The notes: generated from the sequence alone by a model not told the origin. DNA of 63,354 nucleotides, filler included, from Globobulimina sp. (GCA_003354225.1; 9 parts of 9 records of this genome joined end to end with filler, not necessarily neighbours in it); one strand, 5' to 3'; positions 1 through 12,600 are shown, numbered from the whole stretch's first letter. A program made the numbers and translations.

Positions 1-2
1 GT

Positions 3-1826
3 GACGTTATACGGGGACCAGCCTTAATATTACATGCAACGTCGACTATTGTCATTGAGCCACACTGTACGGCCGAGATAAGCAAACAAGGCAACATTGA
101 AATAAGTATTGGTGATACAGAGCCGCAGCCGGTGACCACTGAATTAGACCAGATACAATTAGCTATATTTGGTCATAGATTTATGTCTATCGCAGAACAA
201 ATGGGCAGAGCTTTACAAAGGACCTCGGTTTCGACCAATATCAAAGAACGATTAGATTTTTCCTGTGCGATATTCGGTCCTTGCGGGGATTTAGTAGCAA
301 ATGCACCACATATACCGGTACATTTGGGCAGTATGCAAGATGCGGTACGATATCAGGTCAAGTTATTAGGCGATAAGATATTGGATGGCGATGTTTTAGT
401 TAGTAATCATCCCATTGCAGGCGGTACGCATTTGCCTGATATTACAGTCATTACACCGGTGTTTGCTCCCTGTGATGATACAGATGATGATAACCTGCAA
501 TTGCCTGTGTTTTGGTTGGCTTCGCGTGGACATCATGCGGATATTGGCGGCATTGCGCCAGGCTCCATGCCACCATTCAGTAAATATTTAAGTGAAGAAG
601 GCTGTGCCATTGAGTCCTTTTTCTTAGTTAAAAATGGTCGCTTTCAAGAAGATGGAATTACAAAATTATTAAACGACGGCGGCACCAGAAATTTGAGTGA
701 CAATTTATCAGATTTAAAAGCGCAAATTGCAGCCAATAAGAAAGGCAAAGAATTGATGAGATTGTTAATTGGAGAATATTCGTTATGCGTAGTGCAGGCA
801 TATATGCATCATATACAGGACAATGCGGAACAAGCGGTGCGCGCAATGTTGAAACAAATAGGCAATGCGCACGCGTACGAAGAGAAAGAGTGTGTACTAT
901 CGGCCATTGACTATATGGATGACGGTACCCAAATATGTGTGACAATTACGATAAATGGCGAGGATGGTTCCGCTATATTTGACTTTTCCGGCACCGGAGC
1001 CATGGTCTATGGCAATTGCAATGCCCCACCGGCAGTCACCTATTCTGCCATTATTTATTGTATGCGCTGTTTGGTGGAGCTAGATATCCCATTAAATCAA
1101 GGTTGTTTGAAAGCTATTACTGTCAAGATACCAAAGCATACGATTTTAAACCCATCTATTGAGTGTGGGGTGGTCGGTGGCAATGTATTGACTTCGCAGC
1201 GTATCACTGATGTTATACTGAAAGCGTTTAATGCCTGCGCTGCGTCACAGGGTTGTATGAATAATTTAACTTTTGGGGATAGCACATTTGGATATTATGA
1301 GACCATTGCAGGTGGATCCGGTGCCGGGCCACAATGGCATGGCCAATGCGGTGTGCACACACATATGACAAATACGAGAATTACGGATCCTGAAATATTT
1401 GAAAGTAGATACCCTGCGGTGTTGAGGAAGTTTTGTTTGAGGGAAAAGTCTGGCGGTGATGGTGAATTTGTTGGCGGTGATGGATGCGAACGATTTATAC
1501 AGTTTACACGACCATTGTTGGTGTCTATTCTATCGGAAAGGAGATCGTATCAACCCTTTGGATTAAATGGCGGTGGGAATGGCAAAGCTGGCTTGAATTT
1601 AATAAAAAGGAAATCTGATGGCGCGGAAATTAATATTGGATCCAAACGAAGCTATCAAACGGAAACGGGGGATATGATTAAAATATTTACGCCTGGTGGA
1701 GGTGGCTGGGGAATACCGGTACATATTGATGACAGTGATGGCAATGAGATTGTAGATAATGTAGATATTATTGATAATATTGACAATGATAACACTAGTA
1801 ACGATATTTTTGAATTTCATATGTAA
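3..1826 (+). CDS. OPLAH: 5-oxoprolinase (fused hydantoinase A/B type), 5'-truncated at contig start
   Basis: Frame is open from base 3 ([16 protein letters not shown], end of the hydantoinase-A part) into hydantoinase-B motifs [60 protein letters not shown] and TPGGGGWG. Confidence 0.95.
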   Translation, partial: DVIRGPALILHATSTIVIEPHCTAEISKQGNIEISIGDTEPQPVTTELDQIQLAIFGHRFMSIAEQMGRALQRTSVSTNIKERLDFSCAIFGPCGDLVANAPHIPVHLGSMQDAVRYQVKLLGDKILDGDVLVSNHPIAGGTHLPDITVITPVFAPCDDTDDDNLQLPVFWLASRGHHADIGGIAPGSMPPFSKYLSEEGCAIESFFLVKNGRFQEDGITKLLNDGGTRNLSDNLSDLKAQIAANKKGKELMRLLIGEYSLCVVQAYMHHIQDNAEQAVRAMLKQIGNAHAYEEKECVLSAIDYMDDGTQICVTITINGEDGSAIFDFSGTGAMVYGNCNAPPAVTYSAIIYCMRCLVELDIPLNQGCLKAITVKIPKHTILNPSIECGVVGGNVLTSQRITDVILKAFNACAASQGCMNNLTFGDSTFGYYETIAGGSGAGPQWHGQCGVHTHMTNTRITDPEIFESRYPAVLRKFCLREKSGGDGEFVGGDGCERFIQFTRPLLVSILSERRSYQPFGLNGGGNGKAGLNLIKRKSDGAEINIGSKRSYQTETGDMIKIFTPGGGGWGIPVHIDDSDGNEIVDNVDIIDNIDNDNTSNDIFEFHM

Positions 1827-1937
1827 TAAAAACAGGATTTGCATTGCATTGCATCTATACAGCCTGAGTACTCTCTAAGTTCAACTGATATTTTTTTACA
1901 CTTACCACTAACTTCCAAAGGTTGTTAATATATTACC

Positions 1938-3470
1938 ATGTCAGCAGTTGTTTTAGTATCTGTACCATTGCAATTGCTGAGTCTCTTTGTTGGAGCCTCA
2001 TGCGGTTCCATCGGTGGTAATGGCCCCAATTTTTTATTATTATTTCCAGATCAATGGCGATTTGATTGGGCAGATGAATATTACATTGATAATCTACAGA
2101 TTGCTACACCAACATTTCAGAGTATTGTTGAAAATGGAACAAGATTTAGCCGCACCACCGTTGCTTCACCGCTTTGTGCTCCGTCTCGAGCGTGTTTGGC
2201 CGCAGGGAAAGAATACGATTATTGCTATGTGCCAACGAATGCATTTGATTTCCCTACAAACACGACAACATTTTATAAATTATTGCAAGACAATGGATAC
2301 TGGCTCATGGTCTCTGGCAAAGACGATTTGACCAAACAGAGTGGCTGTGGCATTGACGGAACATATCGATTGAAAGAATTGGGATTTGATGCTCAAAAAA
2401 GGTGCAAAGGCAAACTGGATAACACTGCTCCTTTTCCAAAGGTAACTGACCCATTCGCTGCATATTTATCACGGCATTTCAGTTTGAACCACAACGGAGA
2501 GAACGACACAGAATGGAACATCACCGATTATTGCAATCATTATTGTTGTAAAGACCATGCCTGCACTGAATGGACAACTGTTGCTGACGAAGCCTACGAA
2601 GACAACTGGATCACTGCAAATACCTTAAATCTGTTGGATAATATTCCAAATAATAAGTCATGGTTTTTACAAATAAATTGGGCAGGACCTCATCCCCCAT
2701 TTATTGTAACCAAACGCATGAATGAGTCGGTAGGGAATCGCAGTTATAATTATCCAATGAATGCAAGCGAGAACGAAGAGGATATGCTGAATACGCGAAG
2801 AGATTATACGGCAGAGATTGAGAACTTAGACACTGCGTTTTCTTTAATTATAAATAAAATTCGTGATTTGGGAGAGTATGGCAATACAATTATTTGTGTG
2901 TCGTCCGATCACGGCGAAATGTTGGGAGATTTTGATTCGTGGCAGAAGTCGCAGCCTTGGGTTGCTTCTACAAATGTTCCCTTTGTCTGTATGGGACCGG
3001 GCATTCAGAGAAATAATACAATTTCTACATATGTCACAAATATGGACATTGCCGGAACTGTTCTCGATTATTCATCGATAGCTTTATTGCCTGCTATGAG
3101 CACAAGGTCATTGCGGCCATTTTTGAATGGAAGTTGGGATGATCGGAATAATGAGTATCGAGATTATGTGGTTTCTGGTTTGAATAACTGGCGGAGTGTG
3201 GTCCAGGATGTAAATAAAAGCACAACATGGAAATTTATTTGCTGTCAGGGACAGTGTCCGGGAAGGAAGCATTGGATAATTAATGATGGTTTGGTCGAGT
3301 TGTTGTTCAATGTGGTTCGAGATGTTTATGAAGAAACGGACGTTGCTCATTTATATCCAAATGTTGTGAACCAATTAAAAGAATTCTTGCCTCGGAACTT
3401 CTGCGTTCCTGGCAATTATACACAAAAATGGAATGATACCGACATTTCAGATGAACAATACTTACATTAA
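1938..3470 (+). CDS. Secreted/lysosomal formylglycine-dependent sulfatase
   Basis: Hydrophobic N-terminal signal, PNFLLLFPDQWR, CxPxR motif (LCAPSRA), GPHPP, SDHGEMLGD, K-SQPW..STNVPF. Intronless. Confidence 0.9.
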   Translation: MSAVVLVSVPLQLLSLFVGASCGSIGGNGPNFLLLFPDQWRFDWADEYYIDNLQIATPTFQSIVENGTRFSRTTVASPLCAPSRACLAAGKEYDYCYVPTNAFDFPTNTTTFYKLLQDNGYWLMVSGKDDLTKQSGCGIDGTYRLKELGFDAQKRCKGKLDNTAPFPKVTDPFAAYLSRHFSLNHNGENDTEWNITDYCNHYCCKDHACTEWTTVADEAYEDNWITANTLNLLDNIPNNKSWFLQINWAGPHPPFIVTKRMNESVGNRSYNYPMNASENEEDMLNTRRDYTAEIENLDTAFSLIINKIRDLGEYGNTIICVSSDHGEMLGDFDSWQKSQPWVASTNVPFVCMGPGIQRNNTISTYVTNMDIAGTVLDYSSIALLPAMSTRSLRPFLNGSWDDRNNEYRDYVVSGLNNWRSVVQDVNKSTTWKFICCQGQCPGRKHWIINDGLVELLFNVVRDVYEETDVAHLYPNVVNQLKEFLPRNFCVPGNYTQKWNDTDISDEQYLH

Positions 3471-3489
3471 TAATTAAAATATATACAAT

Positions 3490-4575
3490 TTACAAAGCAC
3501 CGGCTTCATTATTTGATGCAACTTCTGTTCCCATAAACTGATATTGCGGAGAAACGCACTTTTCTTGACCTGTTGTTTCTGCCTTTCCTCTTTTCATTCG
3601 CTGTCGTATTGCTTTGAATATATACATTGATACAAATATCAATAAACCCAAAGCCAACAATTGAAGCGGCACTACATTGCCATTATTAATAATATTGTTA
3701 TCTTCAATTTGCAGCATTTGCATAAAGTCTGGTGTGTCAAATGAGCCATATTCAATAACAGTGGACTCGAAAATACATTCGATTGCTTTATCCCCTTTGT
3801 TTTCAAAATGAAATAAGTAATCACCAGATGGTAATTCTGCAATTTTGCTGTTTTTATCAACTTCATCTAATCCAACTGCTATTTCTTCAGAACCAAAATC
3901 CAATGAAACTACACTTGAAATAAAATCTTTTTGTTGAATATCTGGTGCTAAATTTTGAAAAATAACTGTTGCGGATATCGATTGTGAGTCCGTTTGCCTC
4001 TCCGTTTCAGGAACAAAAGCAACATCTTTGTCGAGTAACTTTCTTGCTGCATTTTTATCCATTTCCTCAATGATATCTTGTCGATCATCAAACGATGCAA
4101 ATAATACATTGATACTTTTACCCCTTCCAACTGTGATTGATTTGCTTTGCTTTCTCTTCAATATGTCATCAAATACAGCCACTGAAGCAATGGGCAATGG
4201 GATGTCATTGCATTTAATTAATAAATGTTGCTTTCTTTGACCAGCCATTGTTTTAAACACAAATATTAATTCACCATTTATTGATTCGTATGGCTCCTTC
4301 TCTGTGGCCACACCGTTGATGATAATGCGACAATGTTTGGACGTATCACTTGCACCAAACATAAAATGCGTCAATACATTGTCGAAAAATAAAGATGGAG
4401 CGATAGGTTCGACTGCAACTCGCACAAAATATTGCCGTTTATGAGCATGTTTGATATGAAAACATTTTTTCTCTGCTTTTTTTTGTTTTGCTGCAACGGA
4501 TACATTTGCCATTGCGATTTGCCCCGATGACACTGAGGTACATCCTTTCTTTTTTACTTTTGTATTGCCTCTCAT
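3490..4575 (-). CDS. Hypothetical protein with C-terminal TM anchor
   Basis: 361-aa ORF with one hydrophobic segment (LLALGLLIFVSMYIF) followed by a basic stop-transfer run. True start uncertain. Confidence 0.55.
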   Translation of the reverse strand: MRGNTKVKKKGCTSVSSGQIAMANVSVAAKQKKAEKKCFHIKHAHKRQYFVRVAVEPIAPSLFFDNVLTHFMFGASDTSKHCRIIINGVATEKEPYESINGELIFVFKTMAGQRKQHLLIKCNDIPLPIASVAVFDDILKRKQSKSITVGRGKSINVLFASFDDRQDIIEEMDKNAARKLLDKDVAFVPETERQTDSQSISATVIFQNLAPDIQQKDFISSVVSLDFGSEEIAVGLDEVDKNSKIAELPSGDYLFHFENKGDKAIECIFESTVIEYGSFDTPDFMQMLQIEDNNIINNGNVVPLQLLALGLLIFVSMYIFKAIRQRMKRGKAETTGQEKCVSPQYQFMGTEVASNNEAGAL

Positions 4576-4838
4576 TCTTTATTTGTTTTTGATGAACTTT
4601 GATAATTGCTGTTGAGATCGAGTAGAGACTGCTTTAATTTAATTGTATATTTTTGTGCGCTAAAATTAACAAATTGCGACAAATTATGTACTGCCATAAT
4701 TGAAATTGGTTTATTAAACCAGCTGCATGTGATCCCAATTAATTGTGATTGTATCAGAACGGTTTTATTTTGTGGATTATCTCATTAACGCAACCCATAT
4801 TTTCTTTAATTTACAGTACGAGTTTTTTCTTTAAAGTA

Positions 4839-6422
4839 ATGGACGATGATCTGGACTTCAGCAATGATGGTTTGCTTCGTCAATTGCAATCTCACAAAGA
4901 AGAAACCCAAAAGAGGTTAAACGAATGTCGTGACGGCTTGCAATCGACAGTGGATCAAATATCTCACATTGAACACAAGCGCGAAATTTTAAGATTAAAC
5001 ATCGAAAAAGAATTTGAAAAAACGCGTTTAAATATGTTGTACATTTTGGATAAGCGCAGGAAAGCATTGCTGAAACAACTCGACTCAGAAATTGATAGAA
5101 AACGAGAATTATTATTACAGCGAGTGCACATTTATCAAACTCAAATCATCGAAGCCGCAGAACTTCAGCCCGAGATCTTGAAATTAGAAAAATATGAATT
5201 AAACAACAACCAACACATTCAATTGCAATCCAACGATTCCTTAACAATCCATTTTAACAAATTTATCCACCAAAACAAGCAAAAATTCTTCTCACCAAAA
5301 AAAAAGGCGGCACCACAGAGGGCACCGCCACCCGTTCCACCTCACAACAGCCACAACGATGATTTTATCACTGTGCCATCGCCGGCTTTGCATAATTTGC
5401 CCATTCACATTCACATCAAACCGGAGCTTGACGGAGAGGGCAAAAACGAGCCAGAATATGCACCGACAACTTTAGCAAAAAAAAGATTATTGTTGGAATT
5501 GGAGAAGTTTTTATTTTATAAGCCACCGACTCCAAATAAGCCGCATGTTGACTTCATATGCCATCGCAACAAATTTGTGACAGATTTGGAGGGCAAACTT
5601 GCGAAATATGGGCATATTGAAAGTTCATCGGGTTCGCTGGCGTTGGACCTGCAATATTCGATCAATATGGGCATGAATTGGATGGTAAACAAAACGAATC
5701 CGATTGTTAGTTTTGGCTCAATGCTGGCGAATGGATTCAAGAAAAAAGAGCAAAGCAAAGAATTGAAGACCATCCCGCCGCCGCTGTTGATTATTTATTT
5801 GAGTCCGATGGAGAAAGCATTGGCGGAGCAATTTGCAGAATGTTTGACATTAATCACAAACGAATCGGGTGTCATCATCAGTGTGGTGGAGAATGCTCAG
5901 CATAAAGCCATCCAGAAATGGCTGGATCCGGCATCCATAAATGCCACAAAAACTGCCATGGATAAGATTGTGTGGAATGGAGAGAAGGAAGCAATGCATG
6001 AGAACGACTATGCGTATAATCCAGATTTGGAGAGCGAGAAAACAGCGCATTGTGGACAGCGCAGTGTGTTGCGAGTTTGCATATTGTTGTACGGAGAGAG
6101 CCAAACAAGTGAGTTTATAAATGATTTGGTGCAGCAATATGAGAATAAGTATAATGTGAAAAGTCTCTGTGGCGTGGAAATGAAGAAAGTGATGGATAAG
6201 GCACCAAATAATAAGTTTGAGGATTGTCCAAACTGTTATATTGGCAATATATTTTATGATGAGAATGAAGGCATTGTTGAAGGACAAGAAACCATCTTTC
6301 AATCTATTGCAAAATGTGTGTTTTCACCCAATGAGTTTGATGATGAGGAAATAAATGATGATGAAGTAAATGGTAATTATCACAATGGCCATAAAAGTGC
6401 GAACTCATTTCAAATAATGTAA
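4839..6422 (+). CDS. Hypothetical coiled-coil, proline-rich protein
   Basis: Long ORF; first ATG at 4839 (MDDDLDF). N-terminal heptad-like region and RAPPPVPP. No family recognised. Confidence 0.65.
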   Translation: MDDDLDFSNDGLLRQLQSHKEETQKRLNECRDGLQSTVDQISHIEHKREILRLNIEKEFEKTRLNMLYILDKRRKALLKQLDSEIDRKRELLLQRVHIYQTQIIEAAELQPEILKLEKYELNNNQHIQLQSNDSLTIHFNKFIHQNKQKFFSPKKKAAPQRAPPPVPPHNSHNDDFITVPSPALHNLPIHIHIKPELDGEGKNEPEYAPTTLAKKRLLLELEKFLFYKPPTPNKPHVDFICHRNKFVTDLEGKLAKYGHIESSSGSLALDLQYSINMGMNWMVNKTNPIVSFGSMLANGFKKKEQSKELKTIPPPLLIIYLSPMEKALAEQFAECLTLITNESGVIISVVENAQHKAIQKWLDPASINATKTAMDKIVWNGEKEAMHENDYAYNPDLESEKTAHCGQRSVLRVCILLYGESQTSEFINDLVQQYENKYNVKSLCGVEMKKVMDKAPNNKFEDCPNCYIGNIFYDENEGIVEGQETIFQSIAKCVFSPNEFDDEEINDDEVNGNYHNGHKSANSFQIM

Positions 6423-6557
6423 TAATAATAATATGTTATTGTTGTTTGTGGTATAAATAATTTTAATGTGATATTATTAACGCGTGATAGTAAATTACAA
6501 GTCACTCACTTTACTTTTTTCACCTTAAGAAAAATATCTTAAAATTTAACATGGCTT

Positions 6558-6995
6558 TTAATTTGGATGATTTTGTAATTGGGTTTTATTAGAGTTTTCA
6601 GAGTTATTTTGTTTAGTTGTTTTTTGTTGGGAATAATCAAGATTCTGCGCATTTGTTTCCTTTAATAGCATTGTCGATATAATTGCTGCAACAACAGCCA
6701 CCGGAATTATTATGAGAGCATAATCATAATCATATGTGGTATATATCCTATCTCCATCCTCATTTGTTTCGCCATTTCTTTTCGCCCACATAATATCGAG
6801 CATTTCTCCAATAAACAAATTACTAACAAATCCGGCAGAATTTTGCAATGTATTTATGAATCCTGCAGCAGCATCTTTACATTGATAATATGCATTGTAT
6901 TCTCTTTGCAACGACCACATTAACCCCCAGGTTCCGGCACCAATTCCAGAAATTAAATTTAATCCAACCACAAATATTAACATTGTTGATCCATT
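6558..6995 (-). CDS. MFS transporter, C-terminal helices only (truncated by contig end)
   Basis: Three hydrophobic helices with MFS TM10-12 style motifs AAAGFINT..N..GF...FIG..LD and YDYAL. Confidence 0.65.
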   Translation of the reverse strand, partial: NGSTMLIFVVGLNLISGIGAGTWGLMWSLQREYNAYYQCKDAAAGFINTLQNSAGFVSNLFIGEMLDIMWAKRNGETNEDGDRIYTTYDYDYALIIIPVAVVAAIISTMLLKETNAQNLDYSQQKTTKQNNSENSNKTQLQNHPN

Positions 6996-7095
6996 NNNNN
7001 NNNNNNNNNNNNNNNNNNNNNNNNNNNNNNNNNNNNNNNTTAATTAATTAANNNNNNNNNNNNNNNNNNNNNNNNNNNNNNNNNNNNNNNNNNNN
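6996..7095. other. Artificial contig spacer
   Basis: N44-TTAATTAATTAA-N44, which gives stops in all six frames. Confidence 0.99.
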
Positions 7096-7179
7096 AGTAA
7101 AACATGTGACGGATGGGGTGGAGCTTTTTAGCAGTTCACATTCTTAGTAGAAAATCTTAATGTAAGTAATGAAATAGCA

Positions 7180-8407
7180 ATGATATGTCAGACTTATAAC
7201 TATTTGAGTATAGCAAAAGTATGTGGAACTTTCCTGAATTTTCGTTCATTCCGCCATCGATCTACAATTCAAAGAACGGGAAGATCACTACCACAAAAAT
7301 TGTTAGGTCAATTATAAGTTTATAACTTGTATTATATTATTTCGTTTTTAATACATTTTATCCGAAAAAAAACCTACAGATCGTTCAAAGGGACAACACA
7401 TTTTAAGGAATGACAAATTGTTACAAAAAATAGTAGACTCTGCAAACTTAAATGAGTCCGATATCGTTTTAGAAATTGGATCCGGTTCTGGAAATCTAAC
7501 ACTTCGAATTCTTGAGCAATGTTCCAAAGTTTTGTTGTCTTTTTATTAACTGGTACTCGGAAAATATAATTGAATAATTTAATTAAAGGTATATGCAGTG
7601 GATATCGATAAGAGTTTAACCAATATTTTACAAAAAAGAATCCATAAATATTACAATGAATTTTCACCCAAATTAAATTGTATCGTTTGTGATATATTGT
7701 CAATGAATATTCCCTCTGATATCGACCATATTATATCAAATGTTCCATATCAAATATCATCTGAATTAATATTTAAATTGCTGTCATCAAATTATTTCCA
7801 ATCAGCAATCTTATTATTTCAACACGAATTTATTCAAAAATTGACATCCAATCCAAATAGTAAACAATATTCACGATTGTCAGTGAATGCGCAAATGCAT
7901 TGTAATATACACACATTATTTAGCATCGAGAGAGAACATTTTCAGCCCCCACCCCATGTCAATAGCGGCGTTGTCAAATTAATTCCCTATAATAATGATA
8001 ACAATCCATGGATAAAAGCAGATGTTGATCATAAATATGAGTTTGCCTCATTATTATTAAATAATTATGGGAAATACACCACAAATATTAAAGAGAGTGA
8101 GATTGATCACGCATTATTAACGCGCAAATTATTTGAATATGAACAATGGAATGAGTTTTTAAAGATTTGTTTTGCTCAAAAAAATAAGAAATTACCAACA
8201 GTGTTTGAAAATATATTGCATCAAACACCAAACAGAATAAAATATAATGGAAAGCAAGGAAATAATGTCAATGTTGCTGCTGTATTAAAGGATTTGTTTC
8301 AAAAATTGGATATGAATCAAAAACGCGCAAATGGAACTGACATTGCTTCTTTTTTGAGATTTTATGATGCAATCCGCACACATAATATTCAATTTTATTC
8401 ATTATGA
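7180..8407 (+). CDS. Dim1/KsgA-family rRNA adenine dimethyltransferase, possibly mitochondrial; 3 exons (7180-7306, 7380-7528, 7589-8407)
   Basis: GT-AG introns 7307-7379 and 7529-7588 join [43 protein letters not shown] and FQPPPHVNS. Exon 1 is R/S-rich and lacks acidic residues, like a transit peptide. Confidence 0.9.
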
Positions 8408-8480
8408 CTGCAATTATTCAAAATTGTATACTGTGCAAGATTTCGAAGTGAAAAACTTGTAATGTACAGCTAATTGAACC

Positions 8481-9491
8481 ATGGGTAATGTTCTTTGTTA
8501 TTCTGACACTTTAATTGATTACACGGCAGTTGTTGGAGCTCTAATGACAGTAATAATGACAATATCAGTATTTCGAAATCTATATAAATACCCAGATGAA
8601 ATGAAAAATGCAAGTCATAAACGTATATCAACCGCAGCAATAACATGTTATGCAACAGCAATGGTTGCCATGTGTTGCTATCATGTGTTGTCAAATGACA
8701 ATACATCTTTAGAACACTTAATTGGATGGGAAATATTTGCATTCTTTTGGGGAATTGCTAATTGTTTATCATATCTGTTATTTATTTTGCGTCTTAAAAC
8801 AACATTTCAAGGCACTGCATTTAGGACTCCATCATGGCTGTATACATCATTATATTTATGTGTCTTCATTTTTTTTAGCGCTAATATTATTTTACTGGTC
8901 ATTTATGTATTAAAATATAAAGGAAACACAAATGCAGAAATATTGACCAAACTACACACTGGAGAGCTAATAGCAAAATTGTTTGCTGATTTATATTTGT
9001 CAATTTTTTTAACATATTTATTTGTTTCCAAACTGCTGCAATTAGCAATGGATATGTTTTCAAATCAAATTGGCAATGCGACCATGGTTACCTCTGACGA
9101 ACGGGTTAGCGTTGAAATAATTGATATGAAATTAACAAGGAATGAACATAATTTATTGCGCGTTGCTAATAAAATGACTGTGTTATCCACCACCACTGCA
9201 TTGAGTACAGAGTTTGTAATTTGTGTTGCTGCGTTATCATCGGAAATGGGCGATGATTTTTTAAATGGATTTTTATGGTATTTTGCTGTAATGTTTTGTT
9301 TAATTATTGATTCAATGGTGAACGCATTTTGTATTTATGTAAGTTTACCGTATTCATCATCAAAGCAATTGTATAAATGTTGCAGATTTTGTGATGAGTG
9401 TTGTATGTATTGTGTTATGAGGAGATTGGAAAAAAGGAAACTAAAAACAAGCTTGGATGGTTATGTGTCGATGCAAGAAATGCAACTTTAA
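8481..9491 (+). CDS. Seven-TM (GPCR-like) membrane protein
   Basis: About seven hydrophobic segments, long loop between TM5 and TM6, IDSMVN in the last helix, Cys-rich cytoplasmic tail. Confidence 0.7.
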   Translation: MGNVLCYSDTLIDYTAVVGALMTVIMTISVFRNLYKYPDEMKNASHKRISTAAITCYATAMVAMCCYHVLSNDNTSLEHLIGWEIFAFFWGIANCLSYLLFILRLKTTFQGTAFRTPSWLYTSLYLCVFIFFSANIILLVIYVLKYKGNTNAEILTKLHTGELIAKLFADLYLSIFLTYLFVSKLLQLAMDMFSNQIGNATMVTSDERVSVEIIDMKLTRNEHNLLRVANKMTVLSTTTALSTEFVICVAALSSEMGDDFLNGFLWYFAVMFCLIIDSMVNAFCIYVSLPYSSSKQLYKCCRFCDECCMYCVMRRLEKRKLKTSLDGYVSMQEMQL

Positions 9492-9600
9492 ACATTGTAT
9501 ATACTGTATAGGGTTTGTCATGACTTTATTTGAAAAGCCTGCACTCGTATTCAAAAAGTTTTGTTTGTAGTGAAGTGACCTCTAAATCCTCAAATTCGTC

Positions 9601-12600
9601 ATGTCAACTGGTCACAATTACGATAGCAACGATCAAGATTCAGAACACACACCAACACCATCCCCAAATGGAATGAATATCCCCTCGACATACATAACAA
9701 TCCGTAATTCATCAAATGAATCCAATCATTCCAATGGCTCTCCTGGTCGCGACAGAAAAGTAAAATCAAAACCACATAAATCAAAGTCTCGTTCTAGTTC
9801 GCATAGAGAGCACCGAGACCAGAACCACAGAGATCGCAGAGATTATAGAGATTATTCCAATGCGCACAGATCATCCACCAAACATCGCGGTGGTCGCGAC
9901 AATAACAACCATCGTCAGATCCATCACCATCAAATACAATATGAGAATGAAAATATTATCGTCAATCAGCAATCATCAAAACCTAAACCAAAACCAAAAC
10001 CAAAACCAATGCCATATACATCCCCCTCCAAATCCAAATCATCCAAACGTAACAAACCACAAAACCTCAACAAACGCGCCATAATTAACGATAACATAAT
10101 TGCTAAAAAACAACACATCGAGCAACTACCCAATAGGAAGAAATTAGTGATCATCGCAGTGGGCGACAACCCTTTGCCCTCTCATGCCGCCTTCGATTTT
10201 ATTCATTGCAAAGTTGGCATGGAACGTAAAGTAATGTGGAAGCATTTCGATGTGATGGTATTGATTGTTCCCACCAACACCTCACACAAAAACAAAGAAA
10301 TCATGTTCGAAGCTTGCAAAAAAGCAAAGAAAATAAACCCCAAACTATTCGTCTGCATCATCGACATCGGAGCATCTGAATCTGCCGTATTTAGGTACGT
10401 AACCTTTCAGTTTCAAACCAACCCAAAAAAGCAACTTCCACAGTTGCACCCTTTTAGTTTGACACTGAAAAACATATCTTATTACAATTTGCAACAAAAA
10501 ACCATACGCAATTTCGCAACACACCACACCACTGTTCCCAGGTCGCGATGCTTCGGCTACGGCGCCAATATGGTGACCAACGACCATCATTCACTAAAAC
10601 AAGTGTTGAATATCATTGGCAACAAAGGCTTCAAAGGCAATGGCCGCTACAGCTGCCCTTACTGTGGCATGAACAGCTTATCCGAAGACGAGCTATGGCA
10701 TCACGTGCCATTGTACCACATCAACGACAACGGCACCTCGCCATTGTACCTGTCGCCCCAAGGCACGCCGCAACAGTCCCAACCTGTGCAATCCGCCTCC
10801 CTCACACATATCCATTGTCCTATCTGCAACAAGGAAGAGAAGAGGAACCGCAATTTCATGCTCCATCTACGCAATTACCACGGCCCGGTGCACCGCGGCG
10901 AGAGATTGCGCGAGTATCGCGACGGCATATTGACGCATGCTTTTGCCTTGGTGGTGGTGCGCAGGCCGACGGACAACAAGTTCTTAGTGGTGCAGGAGGC
11001 CTGCAATTCAGGCTTCTGGTTACCTGGAGGCCGGGTGGAGGTCGGCGAGACTTTGTTGCAAGCCGCGATCCGCGAAACTAAGCAAGAAGCCGGCATCAAC
11101 ATCGATATTAAGGGCATACTGAAAATCGAGCACAGTACGTACTCGTTTGACGATAGAAAAAAGGCGTACAATCGCATGCGGATCATATTCTATGCGGGTA
11201 TGTGCTCTCTGGCTATGTGTCTACTGTCTATGCCATTTATTGTGGGCTGTGGTGTGGTACAGAGCCGTGCGACGAGAAGGAACTGCCGAAATCTATACCG
11301 AATTATAACTCTGCGGGCGCCACGTTTATAAGCATCGAGGAGTTGGACGAGATCGAATTGCGGGCGGATGAGCCACGCGAATGGTTCAATTCGCTAACAC
11401 AGAATTTCTACTATCACTCCTTGGACCTGCTCTCGTGTTGGAAGCACGACCATACCACGGCCCCCAACCGCCACTCCAGCCACTCACACAACAGCGACCC
11501 CAGCGGCGCTCCGCCAACGCCGCAGCAACAGACCATTGTAGGCAATGAAAACACGCACAGTCCCACACACAACGGCTACCGGCACGACTTCATTGAATCA
11601 GATACGTCGTCGGATGAAGTGACTGCTAATCACCAACACGAAGCACATCAACACCAACATCAGCATTCACATCAAAGTGCGGGGAGTACCGGCAACGGCG
11701 ACGAGAGCAGCGATGAATTGACCGACGATGATTATAAACAACGCGTAAATAAAAACACCAACAAACGCAGACATACAGCCAACGCGGCGCCGACTCCCAC
11801 TTCGCCATTCACACAGTTTCAGGCCCAAATCAGTAACAATCCCAATATCCGCATGCGCGGCTCCTCCGACACCGTCCCACCGCCGCAGCGCGTGCGCAAA
11901 ATGAGGTCGTTAGAGCCGGCGATGCGGTTCGAACATTCTGCGCCGTCTCCGCTGCCCAAACCGAATAAAATGGTTAAAAAAACGAGTAAAAAAGGCATAA
12001 AACGCAGTAAAACACCGACCAATCTCAACAGTTTGCATAACTCTGCATTGAATTTGAAGGCCAAATCACAGAAAAATCTGTCCAAACAGCCGGGCAATTT
12101 ACCCACACAAAGCATCAACGCAATGAATGATATCAATTGTCACAATCCCGTAGCCAATAAATCCAATCCGACCTCGCCACCGTCGCCGCAACCGCCTCAT
12201 ACACAGCAACAACTACAACAAGTGACGTATATGATTGCGCCGTCCATGAATCCCATGATGTACCCTCAGTTTATTCCCAATTTGTACTATCCCACAGCCC
12301 AAAACATGCAGAATATGAGCATGCCGGGTTTATACCAACAGAGGCAGTCTTTGTTGCAAATTGCGCCGCAAAATCTGGCCAATTTACAGAAACAAATGGC
12401 TATGGAACAGGACCCCGCAACGCCTGACTTTTATTTACAACAAATGGCGTTGCAACAACAGCAGCAACAGCAACAGTATCCGTACTATGCGCAAACACAG
12501 CATCAAGCAGCACAGCATGGTATGAATGGTATGTATCAGGTTTATGCGCCGCCGCCCGGTGGCACTGTGTCGCAGTCACTGTCACATTGCGGTGTCCCCA

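Noticed and set aside
9980-10008. (AAACCA)n run as a telomere-like repeat
   Set aside because: It encodes the KPKPKP low-complexity tract inside a CDS.
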